40,043 nt of DNA from a bacterium (GTDB taxonomy: Bacteria; Zhuqueibacterota; Zhuqueibacteria; Oceanimicrobiales; Oceanimicrobiaceae). The stretch lies in assembly GCA_037446635.1 (NCBI GenBank), contig JBBIIG010000017.1:32835-72877 (forward strand), given 5' to 3'. A program made the translations under genes and the position numbers. Below the pieces are notes generated by a model. The model saw only the letters and a program-made list of their open reading frames with translations. It had not been told where the DNA came from and made no database searches. Shown one piece after another: positions 16,619-25,902 of this stretch (positions are counted from its first letter, which is position 1; every line of letters begins with the position of its first letter).

Positions 16619-16755
16619 AGGGTCTTGCCGCCAATGAGCCCAATCACCGCGGTGAACTCACTTTTATAAGTGGTGGAACAAGTTTCGATAAATATCGTCG
16701 CCTCCGGGGTCCGCATTCGTTTAGAATAATCTATTAATCTATTTAACCAGGAAAT

Positions 16756-17322
16756 ATGCTCAAACTAACTTTTCAACCAGTTACCCAAAAAAACTGGAAA
16801 GATTTCGAAAAACTGTTCGGCCCCAGAGGCGCGTGCGCCGGCTGCTGGTGCATGTTCTGGCGGCAGACGCGGTCGGAGTTCGACAAACTCAAGGGAGATG
16901 GCAACAAGCGCGCCATGAAAAAAATTGTTGACTCTGGTGAGATTCCCGGAATTTTGGCGTATCACAACGGCGAGCCGATTGGCTGGTGCGCGGTGGCGCC
17001 GCGGGAACGCTTCTCGGCGCTGGAACGCACGCGGGTGGCGAAGCGAATCGACGAGCAGCCGGTGTGGTCGGCGCCGTGTTTCTTCGTTCACAAAAATTTT
17101 CGCAAACAGGGCGTGACCGTGCAACTCCTGCGCGCGGCCATTGATTTCGTCAAAAAAAATGGCGGCAAAATTTTGGAAGGATATCCGGTTGAAGCTAAGA
17201 AAGAGATGCCGCCGGTGTTCGCTTATTACGGGACGGCGTCGGCGTTTCGGCAGGCCGGTTTTGTGGAATGCGCTCGGCGTTCGGAGACGCGGCCGTTCAT
17301 GCGGTTTATAATCGATAAGTGA
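16756..17322 (+). CDS. GNAT family N-acetyltransferase
   Basis: CAGCWCMFWR, PIGWCAVAP, CFFVHKNFRKQGV (motif A), LEGYP, FRQAGF. Confidence 0.85.
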   Translation: MLKLTFQPVTQKNWKDFEKLFGPRGACAGCWCMFWRQTRSEFDKLKGDGNKRAMKKIVDSGEIPGILAYHNGEPIGWCAVAPRERFSALERTRVAKRIDEQPVWSAPCFFVHKNFRKQGVTVQLLRAAIDFVKKNGGKILEGYPVEAKKEMPPVFAYYGTASAFRQAGFVECARRSETRPFMRFIIDK

Positions 17323-17324
17323 AC

Positions 17325-17373
17325 CACGAATTTCACGAATGAACACTAATGCAAAACTGAAGTTTTGCCCTCC
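17325..17373. repeat. CACGAAT-type short repeats plus REP hairpin
   Basis: CACGAAT-TT-CACGAAT-GAA-CACTAAT, then GCAAAACTGAAGTTTTGCCCTCC, related to 2514-2536. Confidence 0.65.
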
Positions 17374-17386
17374 GAAGTTATTTAGC

Positions 17387-17415
17387 TTGACATTCAGATA
17401 ATTCATTTGTATTAT
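17387..17415 (+). promoter_or_regulatory. Sigma70-type promoter of the kinase cluster
   Basis: TTGACA (17387-17392), 17 bp spacer, TATTAT (17410-17415). Confidence 0.7.
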
Positions 17416-17497
17416 CGGCTTGCATTTCTTAAGAGCTCAAGTAAAGTAAATATTCGTCTCTCCGATTTTTAATCGTTTTGACGGACGCAGAAATCTT

Positions 17498-20104
17498 ATG
17501 ATCGGTCAAACCATTTCCCATTATCGCGTCCTCGAAAAATTGGGACAGGGCGGAATGGGCATCGTCTTCAAAGCGAAGGACGAGTCGCTCGATCGCCTCG
17601 TCGCGCTGAAATTTCTCCCTTCTCACTTGAGCGACGAGGAATACGGCCAAGCGCGTTTCATTCAAGAGGCCAAAACCGCTTCGTCGTTAGACCATCCCAA
17701 TATCTGCACCATTCATGAAATCTCCCGCACCGAAGACGGTCAGCTCTTCATCGCCATGGCCTACTACGAAGGCGAGACGCTGAAGGAGAAGATCGGCCGC
17801 GGCCCACTGGAAGCAGCGGAGGCAGTAAACATCGCCGCCCAGATTGCGCAGGGGTTGAGCCGCGCTCATCAAAATGGCATCGTGCATCGCGACATCAAGC
17901 CCGCCAATATCATGGTTACAAACGATCGACAGGTTAAAATTTTGGATTTTGGTTTGGCCAAATTAGCGGATGAAACCCGGCTCACTCGCACCGGCGAAAC
18001 CCTCGGCACCGCCGCCTACATGTCGCCAGAGCAAATTCAAGGGATGAAGTTGGATCATCGCAGCGACATCTTTGCGTGGGGCGTGGTTTTTTATGAGATG
18101 CTTGCCGGCCGTCTGCCGTTTGAGGGGGAGTATCATCAAGCGCTCATGTATTCGATTCTGCATGATACCCCGCCGTCATTGAGTTCGTTGAACCCGAATA
18201 TTCCGCATGAACTCGATCTCATTGTCGCCAAAGCTTTGGCAAAAAATCCGGACGAGCGCTATCAGCAAACTTCTGAATTGGTGGAAGACCTGCAGATGGT
18301 GGCTAGGCACCTGCAAACCGGTCAGCGATCCGAAAATAAACTTCATGCCTCCTCGGGGGCCGTCGCTGTCGCGTCAACGAAGCGGCAAACGGCTCCAATT
18401 TTTCTGTCCAAAAAAAAGATGGCAGTGGTTGGGACGTTCGTGCTTTTGATGGTCTTGCTCATCCCCAATGTGCAGCGTTTGTTGGATATCATGAGAACGC
18501 CCAAGACCAAGCACATCGCGGTGCTCTCGTTTGCGAATATCGGAGAGGCGCCGGAAAATCAGACGCTGTGCGACGGCTTGGTGGAAACGCTCACCAGCAA
18601 ACTTTCTCAGCTTGAAAAATTTCAGGGATCGTTTTGGGTGGTGCCAGCCAGCGAAGTGCGAGCCAGCAAAGTGACCACCGCCAGCGCGGCGCACCAACTT
18701 TTTGGCGCGAATATGGTAATTACCGGCAGCGTGCAACGATTCGAAAATCGCTTGCGGGTGACGATGAATCTCATCGATGCAAAATCGCTGCGGCAGGTGG
18801 CGTCGCATGTGATTGACGACCCCTTGACCAGCGGCTCAGTTTTGCAGGACGAAGCGGTGTTGAAATTAGCGGAAATGTTGAACGTTGAACTGCAGCCGGA
18901 AGCTCGCGGCGTCTTGATGGCCGGCGTCACCACCGCGCCGGGGGCATACGAATTTTATTTGCAGGGCCGAGGAACCCTGCAGAATTATGATAAGCTCGAA
19001 AACATCAATTCGAGCATTGAGTTGTTTGAGCGGGCGCGGAATACTGATCCCAATTATGCGCTGGCTTACGCGGGCCTGGGAGAGGCTTATCTCCGAAAAT
19101 ATCAGGCCACCAAAGAGGTGGAATGGGTGAAGCGGGCGGAGGAGAATTGCCAGCGCGCGCTAGATCTGAATAATGTGCTGGCGCCGGTTCATGTTACCCG
19201 CGGCTTATTGTTTGCCGAAACCGGACAGCACCAAGAGGCGTTGATGGAATTTCAAAAGGCTCTGGAAATCGAGCCGCACAACCCCGAGGCGTTTCGCGGC
19301 CGCGCCCAGGCTTTTGCGGCGCTTGGTGAAATCGATAAGGCCGAGGAGGTTTACAAAAAAGCCATCGCCATCAAGCCCGATTATTGGGGCGGCTACAACG
19401 ACCTGGGGGTGTTTTATTTCCGGCACGGACGCTACGAAGATGCCATTCCGCAATTCAAGAATGTCATCGCGCTCACGCCGCAAAACGCCAAAGGCTACCG
19501 CAATCTCGGCTCCATGTATTTTTCTCTCAAGCGCAATGCGGAGGCCATTGAAGCCTACCAGCAGGCGTTGGCCATCGAGCCGAATTACAGCGTCTATTCC
19601 AACCTCGCCACTCTTTATTTCAGCGAGGGCAAATATGGCGACGCCGCTCGCATGTACGAAAAGGCGTTGGAGCTGCGCGACACCGACTACCGGGTTTGGG
19701 GATATTTAGCTACGGCTTATAAACGCAATCTTGATCAACAAAAGGCGCAGCAGGCTTATAGCCAGGCCATCAAAATGGGGGAAGAGCAGTTGAAGATTAA
19801 ACCCAACAATCCGGACCTCATGTTGAGCCTGGCGGCGTACTACATCGAATTTGGCGATCGCGCTAAGTCGCTGGCGCTGGTGGAACGCGCGGCCGCTTCA
19901 AAGAGCAAAGAAGTTGAAATTATGTTTCGCATCGGGCTGATGTATGAGCAATTGCAAAACCGCGAGGCGGCGTTGAAGTGGATTGATGAAGCGCTGTCAA
20001 AAGGCTATTCGGTTGCGGCATTGGAAGGCCAGCCCACGTTAGCTGATTTGAGAAAAGATGAGCGTTATCAACGCATCATACAGAAGCTGGAACAGAACAA
20101 ATAG
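17498..20104 (+). CDS. Hanks-type Ser/Thr kinase with TM helix, TolB-N-like domain and TPR array
   Basis: GQGGMG, VALK, HRDIKPAN, DFG, GTAAYMSPE; TM after KKKM; HIAVLSFANI; many TPR units. Confidence 0.92.
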   Translation: MIGQTISHYRVLEKLGQGGMGIVFKAKDESLDRLVALKFLPSHLSDEEYGQARFIQEAKTASSLDHPNICTIHEISRTEDGQLFIAMAYYEGETLKEKIGRGPLEAAEAVNIAAQIAQGLSRAHQNGIVHRDIKPANIMVTNDRQVKILDFGLAKLADETRLTRTGETLGTAAYMSPEQIQGMKLDHRSDIFAWGVVFYEMLAGRLPFEGEYHQALMYSILHDTPPSLSSLNPNIPHELDLIVAKALAKNPDERYQQTSELVEDLQMVARHLQTGQRSENKLHASSGAVAVASTKRQTAPIFLSKKKMAVVGTFVLLMVLLIPNVQRLLDIMRTPKTKHIAVLSFANIGEAPENQTLCDGLVETLTSKLSQLEKFQGSFWVVPASEVRASKVTTASAAHQLFGANMVITGSVQRFENRLRVTMNLIDAKSLRQVASHVIDDPLTSGSVLQDEAVLKLAEMLNVELQPEARGVLMAGVTTAPGAYEFYLQGRGTLQNYDKLENINSSIELFERARNTDPNYALAYAGLGEAYLRKYQATKEVEWVKRAEENCQRALDLNNVLAPVHVTRGLLFAETGQHQEALMEFQKALEIEPHNPEAFRGRAQAFAALGEIDKAEEVYKKAIAIKPDYWGGYNDLGVFYFRHGRYEDAIPQFKNVIALTPQNAKGYRNLGSMYFSLKRNAEAIEAYQQALAIEPNYSVYSNLATLYFSEGKYGDAARMYEKALELRDTDYRVWGYLATAYKRNLDQQKAQQAYSQAIKMGEEQLKIKPNNPDLMLSLAAYYIEFGDRAKSLALVERAAASKSKEVEIMFRIGLMYEQLQNREAALKWIDEALSKGYSVAALEGQPTLADLRKDERYQRIIQKLEQNK

Positions 20105-20147
20105 CGCTCAATCTCATGGTTGGTTGTATTTTGATAAATCACAAAGC

Positions 20148-20193
20148 GGATTGATGGATTAATGGATTGGTGGATCATTGATCCATTAAATCC
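20148..20193. repeat. GGATTRRT octamer run with inverted partner
   Basis: GGATTGAT GGATTAAT GGATTGGT GGATCATT, then GATCCATTAAATCC. Confidence 0.6.
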
Positions 20194-20243
20194 CATAACT
20201 CAATTGGAAAGAACAAGGTCTAACTGAATAGGAGGGTTAAAAC

Positions 20244-20561
20244 GTGGCAAATCCAATCATCACCATCACAGGCTGTACACCGGATAAATATTCGGTGCGC
20301 ACCAATCGCGGCGGAGCGGTGGTTTTCAAATCTGGCGACGGCCAGGTGTATTACGTCGATTTCGGGAACAATGATCCAACCATTTCCAGCCAATCTTTTC
20401 CGATTCAGGTGCCGGCAAATGGGTCCGCGCCATTGAACCTCAAAGACTCAACGCCCGCCAGCACCTATCCATTCAGAATTCTCGACGCCAATCGCAACCA
20501 ATGCTGCCCGCAAGTGGACGCGGGCCCGGGCGAAGAGGCCCCTGTGGTGATCGTGGACTAA
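20244..20561 (+). CDS. Hypothetical small beta-rich protein
   Basis: 105 aa, GGAGG RBS before GTG, alternating beta-strand pattern, no signal peptide. Confidence 0.7.
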   Translation: MANPIITITGCTPDKYSVRTNRGGAVVFKSGDGQVYYVDFGNNDPTISSQSFPIQVPANGSAPLNLKDSTPASTYPFRILDANRNQCCPQVDAGPGEEAPVVIVD

Positions 20562-20692
20562 TTCGGCGCTGCCTTCGGAGGCGTTCATCTTCACAAGACG
20601 GTGGTTTCGAAGCGCAGAACGCATCGTGCACAGCGGAAGGTTTCGGCTGTGCGCCATGCGCTCTGCGCTATGCTTTTAAAGGAAGAATAAAA

Positions 20693-21706
20693 ATGTCAAA
20701 GAAAATATTCGCCGCCGCTCTGCTCATTTCGCTGCCAGTGATGTTCGGGCTCCGCAGCTTTCAGGAGTCAGACCGCAAAGTCATTCTGGAGGTACCGTTG
20801 ATGAAACAGCAAACCAAAATGTGGTGTTGGGCGGCTTCAGCGCAAATGATCATGACTTACATGGGCAAACCGATCACCCAGTGCGAGCAGGCCGATATCC
20901 AACTTAAGAAAACCGATTGCTGCGCCGATTCGATTCCAACGTATTGCATCAAAGGCGGCTGGCCGCAATTTTATCGCTACGGCTTCACCAGCGACAGCGT
21001 CGATGCGGCGCTGTCGTGGGAGCAGCTCAAGGCGCAGATCGACCGGAACCAGCCGGTGGTGTTTTCGTGGCGCTGGTCGCTGGGCGGCGGCCACATGATG
21101 GTGGCGACTGGCTACGCCGAACCCAATTGGGTTTATGTCAACAACCCCTTTCCGCCGCAGGGCGAAGCCAGCCTGCCGCAGGGCGATTATCAAGCCATCA
21201 CCTATGAGGAATTTGTTAGCAGCCAGAATCACAGCCACTGGCGGGATTATTACAATATCCAGCCCAAGCCCGAACCCGAGCCGCAGCCGCCTCCGCGTAC
21301 GATAACGCGCGCCGCTCCTCCTGAAAACCGACCCGAGGCGCAAATCGAGGTGGCGGAAGTGACCACTGCCGCCACCTCGGGTGGAGTGGCGGATCGCGCC
21401 GAAGCATTTGTTTCTTACGACAAAGCGCCGGAACCCATTGGCGGTTTTGCTGCCATTCAGCGGGCGCTCAAGTATCCGCAGAATGCACGCGAGGCCGGCT
21501 GGGAAGGGCGGGCGGTGATTAACGTGCTGGTCAACAAAGAGGGCGAAGCCGCTGACACGAAAGTGCTGCAATCTTCCGGTCATCCAAGTTTGGACGAGGC
21601 CGCCATTGAAGCCATCAAAAGCACCAAGTGGCGGCCGGCGCTGCAGCGCGAAACTCCCGTGGCAGTTTGGGTGGCGATTCCGGTCAATTTTCAGGTTCGC
21701 AGGTAG
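20693..21706 (+). CDS. Exported papain-like (C39/C70-like) cysteine protease fused to TonB C-terminal domain
   Basis: Signal-like N-terminus; QQTKMWCWAAS, GGGHMMVATG, YVNNP; linker PKPEPEPQPPP; YPQNAREAGWEG..SSGHPSLDEAAIEAI..W.PA..IPVNF; start ATG 20693. Confidence 0.8.
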   Translation: MSKKIFAAALLISLPVMFGLRSFQESDRKVILEVPLMKQQTKMWCWAASAQMIMTYMGKPITQCEQADIQLKKTDCCADSIPTYCIKGGWPQFYRYGFTSDSVDAALSWEQLKAQIDRNQPVVFSWRWSLGGGHMMVATGYAEPNWVYVNNPFPPQGEASLPQGDYQAITYEEFVSSQNHSHWRDYYNIQPKPEPEPQPPPRTITRAAPPENRPEAQIEVAEVTTAATSGGVADRAEAFVSYDKAPEPIGGFAAIQRALKYPQNAREAGWEGRAVINVLVNKEGEAADTKVLQSSGHPSLDEAAIEAIKSTKWRPALQRETPVAVWVAIPVNFQVRR

Positions 21707-21712
21707 CGGAGT

Positions 21713-21843
21713 GAGACTGTCCAAAAAGGTACCTGTCATTGCGAGCGAAGCGAAGCAATCTCACAATTTATGCTCAAATTGTGGGATTGCTTCGTCGCTA
21801 AACGCTCCTCGCAATGACAATTTCACCACTTTTTGAACAGCCC
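21713..21843. mobile_element. MITE-like element with TIRs and GTCATTGCGAG..CTCGCAATGAC core
   Basis: GACTGTCCAAAAAG / CTTTTTGAACAGCC (12/14); internal CGAAGCAATC..GATTGCTTCG hairpin. Confidence 0.7.
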
Positions 21844-21873
21844 AGTGCACGCCGGTTTTAGTGGAGAAAGCTT

Positions 21874-22512
21874 ATGTGCCCAAAATTAAAATGGGTCGTT
21901 TTGCCGTTATTTCTTGCCGCAGTCAGTTCCTGCAAACGTGAGCATCCGGCAGGGGGGCCGGCCGCGAAATCACTGGATGCCGTCCGCAGACTGGCGACGG
22001 CCGAGAACTATCGCAAGTTAGGATTTGAATCGTTGGAGGAAATTGAAAGAATGACGTTGGGGACGCCCATTCCGGTTTATTTTGTGGGATTGGAGACGCT
22101 GCGAAAATTCACTCCCGGCGACGACCCCAACACTCTGCTCACCTCGCCCCACGAAATGATCTATCCCGTGTTGGTCGATGGCAACGTGCGCTGCTCGCTG
22201 GGATTAAAAGAGCAGGGCGGAGAATGGCAAGTGCGAACCTACGGCCGGCCGCGGCTATCGCGCGCCCTGGCCAAAATCCGCGACAGCCAGACCGCCGCCG
22301 GCGCCGCGCCCGAGGATTATTTTGCCGTGGAAATTCCTTCGATGTATCTCGTTTTTATCGGACGCAAAAACGGCGAGGCGCTGCTGCTCACCCACGTTCA
22401 CGATCATGAAGAGTTTGGTTTTAACTCTGGGGAAACCGCGCCGGCAGCCGAGGTGTTTGCAAAAATTGCAAATGCGGCCGGAAACTACCCGGGCCCGTTG
22501 CCGCAAATTTGA
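21874..22512 (+). CDS. Hypothetical lipoprotein, possible partner of the upstream protease
   Basis: Lipobox AVSS-C20 after a hydrophobic stretch; GGAG RBS; 212 aa. Confidence 0.75.
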   Translation: MCPKLKWVVLPLFLAAVSSCKREHPAGGPAAKSLDAVRRLATAENYRKLGFESLEEIERMTLGTPIPVYFVGLETLRKFTPGDDPNTLLTSPHEMIYPVLVDGNVRCSLGLKEQGGEWQVRTYGRPRLSRALAKIRDSQTAAGAAPEDYFAVEIPSMYLVFIGRKNGEALLLTHVHDHEEFGFNSGETAPAAEVFAKIANAAGNYPGPLPQI

Positions 22513-22550
22513 TCCTTGCCGGCCGCGCGCTGTCTAAAATGAAACTCAAA

Positions 22551-23282
22551 TTATCGAAGCAGCCGCTGTAAAAACAATGGCAATCCGCTTGCCTTCATGA
22601 TGATCTCTAATGATTTGGTTTGTTCGGGTTCTAATTGCAAAAGCTGTTTTTCAGTCCGATATCCTCTGACCTCGATGATGATCTCGTACTCGCCGGGTTG
22701 ATGAGTAAATTCAAAATTGTCGCCGATGAATTTTGATTCGCCAACGATTTTCTTGCTTTTGAACTCGCGAAGCGAAACCAAAACTTCATTGAGAATGGGT
22801 TCCTTATTGTCGGTCCGGAGACGAACACTCACTTTGGAAAATTTTTCTGTCGTGTCTTTTTTGGCCGCTCGTGTCGTATCCTGATTTAGAGCAAAGGTCG
22901 CTGTCGGATTAAGCAGAGTATGCCAGGCGTCCTCTGCGTTAGGTTCGCGATTGATATTATTGGGGAGATGGGAGTTCAGACTGGGCGGCGATTCGTAGGG
23001 GGTGACGGTCATAATAATTGTCAAAATGCTGGCGCCGACATAAAAAGCTGATTTTTTGGTTTTCGCTTCAAACACCAGACATAATGCCGCACCCAACATC
23101 ACCAGCAGAATTGCAGCCATTAAATTGGAAAAGGCAATCGCCAGAGTGGTCTGAATCGTGTATGCAATTTTTAGGGTGGCCGCGGCTTCGTTTTTTTGAA
23201 TTAAATCAGATAGCACAGCTAAAATCGCCCCCAGCATTCCGGACAAAACAAGGAACGCCCGCTCTTTCAAATTGTCTGTCAC
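22551..23282 (-). CDS. Membrane protein with C-terminal carboxypeptidase-regulatory/PEGA-like beta domain
   Basis: 3-4 N-terminal hydrophobic segments; PGEYEIIIEVRGY; AGGAGG RBS favours GTG 23282 over ATG 23312. Confidence 0.7.
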   Translation of the reverse strand: MTDNLKERAFLVLSGMLGAILAVLSDLIQKNEAAATLKIAYTIQTTLAIAFSNLMAAILLVMLGAALCLVFEAKTKKSAFYVGASILTIIMTVTPYESPPSLNSHLPNNINREPNAEDAWHTLLNPTATFALNQDTTRAAKKDTTEKFSKVSVRLRTDNKEPILNEVLVSLREFKSKKIVGESKFIGDNFEFTHQPGEYEIIIEVRGYRTEKQLLQLEPEQTKSLEIIMKASGLPLFLQRLLR

Positions 23283-23308
23283 TGTTTTACCTCCTTGTGC
23301 AAAAAGAT

Positions 23309-25648
23309 TCATTTCTGCTTCACCCGCGCCAGCACGCCGCCAAAATCATTGAAAATAATTTTTGACGGCTTTTCTACAAAGGGTCCCAATCGGAAGGACT
23401 GCTCGCTGCCCTGCATCCAGATCAGTTGTGTGACTTTTTTCTCCGGCAATTGAATGCCCAGCGGAATGAACATTTTGAAATTGGCCGGCACGTTTTCCTG
23501 GCGGACGATCAATTCCAACCAGTACGCGCCATTGGAAGTTGAAATGGTGTAGGAATAAATGTAAGTCGGAACCTCGACGCCAAAAATCCACTGATCGAAA
23601 AACCAGTCCATCCCTTGGCCCACGTGTTTCTCGACGATATTTTTGAAATCGAAAGTCGTGGCGCGTTGGCTGCGATAGGTGGAAACGAAGTCCGCCAACA
23701 TCGCCCAGAAACGGTCGTCGCGGCCAGTGTCAAAATCGCGCAGCAGGGTGCGCAGCGTATGCAGAACGTATGCGCCCTTCTCATAAACGATCACATAATA
23801 ATCCACGGGAAATTTTGAGCCGAGCCGCTGCCCCAGCCAAATAGGGCCGGCCGCCAGGCCCTGACTTTTCAGCAAATCGTTTTTAGAAAATCCAAAACGC
23901 CGCAATCCCAAACTCACCCCGATGTGGCCCTTGTGCAGCAAATCGTTGCGCCACCCTTCTAAAATTTCAAAGAATATTTTCTCCTCTTTCGCCAAGTGCT
24001 GAGCCAGCAGCGCGCCGGAATATTCCGCCAGCGCTTCACTCAACCACTGGTCGTGATAGGTTTGCCAGCCCACCACGTTGCCCCACCACTGGTGCGAAAC
24101 CTCGTGGCCAACATGATTCTCCGTTGCCCCTTCTACTTTTTTTTGAAACGAAACCGCTGACAGCAGCATCAGCCCCGGATAACTTTGGCTAAACACTCCC
24201 GGCGCTTCCACGACACTCAAGTGCGAAGAAATCTCCGCTTGCAAACGTTCTTCAAAAAAGTGGATGCTTTGGGCAACGGTGCGGCCAATCTCCTCTCGGC
24301 TTTTCTTTGAACGGGCCGGCGTGGAGTGAACGGTTATCTCGGTTTCGATTGCGGTGGAATCGTAACTGCCAAACGCGAACGCCGCCGCCAACGCCGGCGC
24401 CTCCTGAATCCACCGCGACGCGACCCGCTTTTTGCTGGCTTGCTGATCGAGTAACCGACCAACCGACACCACCTGCCAGTCCGCCGAGTGATCGAAGGTG
24501 ATATCAAACGTCGCCGGGTTCAAATAGCCGTGGCGGGGGAGCCAGTTGATCTTGTCTTTCAAAAAAAGCTGACCGCCCGCCGGTTCCAACAATTTGCCGC
24601 TGTAGTAAACCACCAGCGTTTGTTCACTCTGCGGCAGCGGCTCCGGGAATATCGCCGCCAAGCTGGTCTGTTTTTTTTCACGGATGAAGGCGAGGGGCGC
24701 GCCGCGATTATTTTTTAGAGAATCAATTTTCAGCTCATAAAAAAGATCGAAGTCGATGAAACGCAGGCTATGCCGGCGCGGGAGGAAAACAATTTCTGCC
24801 GCGATCTCAACCTCGCCGCTTTTTTCCAACTGTACATTCATTTTATAATGGCGAACGTCGATCAAATCTTTGTTTTGCGAAATTGCCGCCGTCGAACCCC
24901 TTACAACCGAAGCCGCGCGGGAAAATGAACAGATGGTATAAAATGGCTTGAGTGCGCGGTTGGGGTAAAATTGATAAACCGCAATCTCTTCGCGATCTTG
25001 TGGATCGAAGCTGTAAATAAAATAATTGGGGAGAATCACGCTGGCGTCCACGTTTTGCAGCACGGCGTAAAAGCATCCTTCTTTCGGTTCATTTAGCAAA
25101 TCGGCGGTGATGCGGCTGGCGAGATTGAAGCCGAGATCTTCGAGCAGGTGTTTCGAAATCGTCTGGTGGATTTTTGGAACCTCTTTAGGGATGGCGGAAG
25201 GCTGAGCTTTGAATTGAGAAAGCAAGTTGTCGGCGGTGTCGTCCGTGAAGCGCAAGTAGGCGGCGGAAAAATTTTCGCGCAAGGAATCTTTTTCCAGAAA
25301 TCGGCGCAGCTGGTAGCGCTCGATGTCATTGGGCGGCGCGAATTCAAAAACGCCGTCGCCTAAAAACACCGCGCCGGTGATTTTGCCGGCAATGAGATTG
25401 GAGAAATAAAACGTCCCGGTTTGAAATGTAAACTTGGCGTGTTCTTTTTCGAGGATGAGATTTTGGACGGTCGCCGTCTGAGTGAGGTCAAAATCCAGGG
25501 CTTGTTGTTGCTGGTATATTTTTAAAGCGGTGGAATCGGAGGCGACGGAGCCAGGGTAAGCAAGAACGTGATTAAAACGGAAGATTGGTAAAGCGACAAA
25601 AAGTAATAAGATGAACAAACACAAAATTTGAGACCTGCTAAAAATCAA
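23309..25648 (-). CDS. M1-family zinc metallopeptidase
   Basis: HEVSH-X18-E (WLSEALAEY), VYEKGA, WFFDQW; N-terminal hydrophobic leader; TTG start uncertain. Confidence 0.85.
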   Translation of the reverse strand: MIFSRSQILCLFILLLFVALPIFRFNHVLAYPGSVASDSTALKIYQQQQALDFDLTQTATVQNLILEKEHAKFTFQTGTFYFSNLIAGKITGAVFLGDGVFEFAPPNDIERYQLRRFLEKDSLRENFSAAYLRFTDDTADNLLSQFKAQPSAIPKEVPKIHQTISKHLLEDLGFNLASRITADLLNEPKEGCFYAVLQNVDASVILPNYFIYSFDPQDREEIAVYQFYPNRALKPFYTICSFSRAASVVRGSTAAISQNKDLIDVRHYKMNVQLEKSGEVEIAAEIVFLPRRHSLRFIDFDLFYELKIDSLKNNRGAPLAFIREKKQTSLAAIFPEPLPQSEQTLVVYYSGKLLEPAGGQLFLKDKINWLPRHGYLNPATFDITFDHSADWQVVSVGRLLDQQASKKRVASRWIQEAPALAAAFAFGSYDSTAIETEITVHSTPARSKKSREEIGRTVAQSIHFFEERLQAEISSHLSVVEAPGVFSQSYPGLMLLSAVSFQKKVEGATENHVGHEVSHQWWGNVVGWQTYHDQWLSEALAEYSGALLAQHLAKEEKIFFEILEGWRNDLLHKGHIGVSLGLRRFGFSKNDLLKSQGLAAGPIWLGQRLGSKFPVDYYVIVYEKGAYVLHTLRTLLRDFDTGRDDRFWAMLADFVSTYRSQRATTFDFKNIVEKHVGQGMDWFFDQWIFGVEVPTYIYSYTISTSNGAYWLELIVRQENVPANFKMFIPLGIQLPEKKVTQLIWMQGSEQSFRLGPFVEKPSKIIFNDFGGVLARVKQK

Positions 25649-25902
25649 GTTGTTTTAGAAAATTATGAGGCGTTACTATCATTCTCTCGAGGGTTTTTTG
25701 TTAGATCTGTAGCGATGGACTTCATCCACAATTTCAGAAAGCGGCATCGCTTCCTCAGGAACCCTGCATTGGAACAACCGCTCGATTGAAATCGACTGTA
25801 GACAGCAGCAGCTTAATTTATTAAGCTTAAGCTATTAGCTTGGAAATTCATTTCCAAGCGGTCTGTTACATAAAATTAGTAATTTCGATCAAACAATCAA
25901 CT

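Noticed and set aside
16612..16737. PLKG..YRRLR..FRIIY, reminiscent of a RelE/ParE toxin C-terminus
   Set aside because: Spacing is wrong, there is no start or antitoxin, and the frame overlaps the symporter; a translated profile search would be needed to revive it.
20501..20692. 64-aa extension of the protease-TonB ORF
   Set aside because: Overlaps the upstream gene and heptamer repeats; the signal-like sequence begins at 20693.
25679..25801. Minus-strand fragment ending MPLSEIVDEVHRYRSNKKPSRE, similar to antitoxin tails
   Set aside because: No start codon for a full-length ORF, upstream in-frame stop, and too short to support a call.
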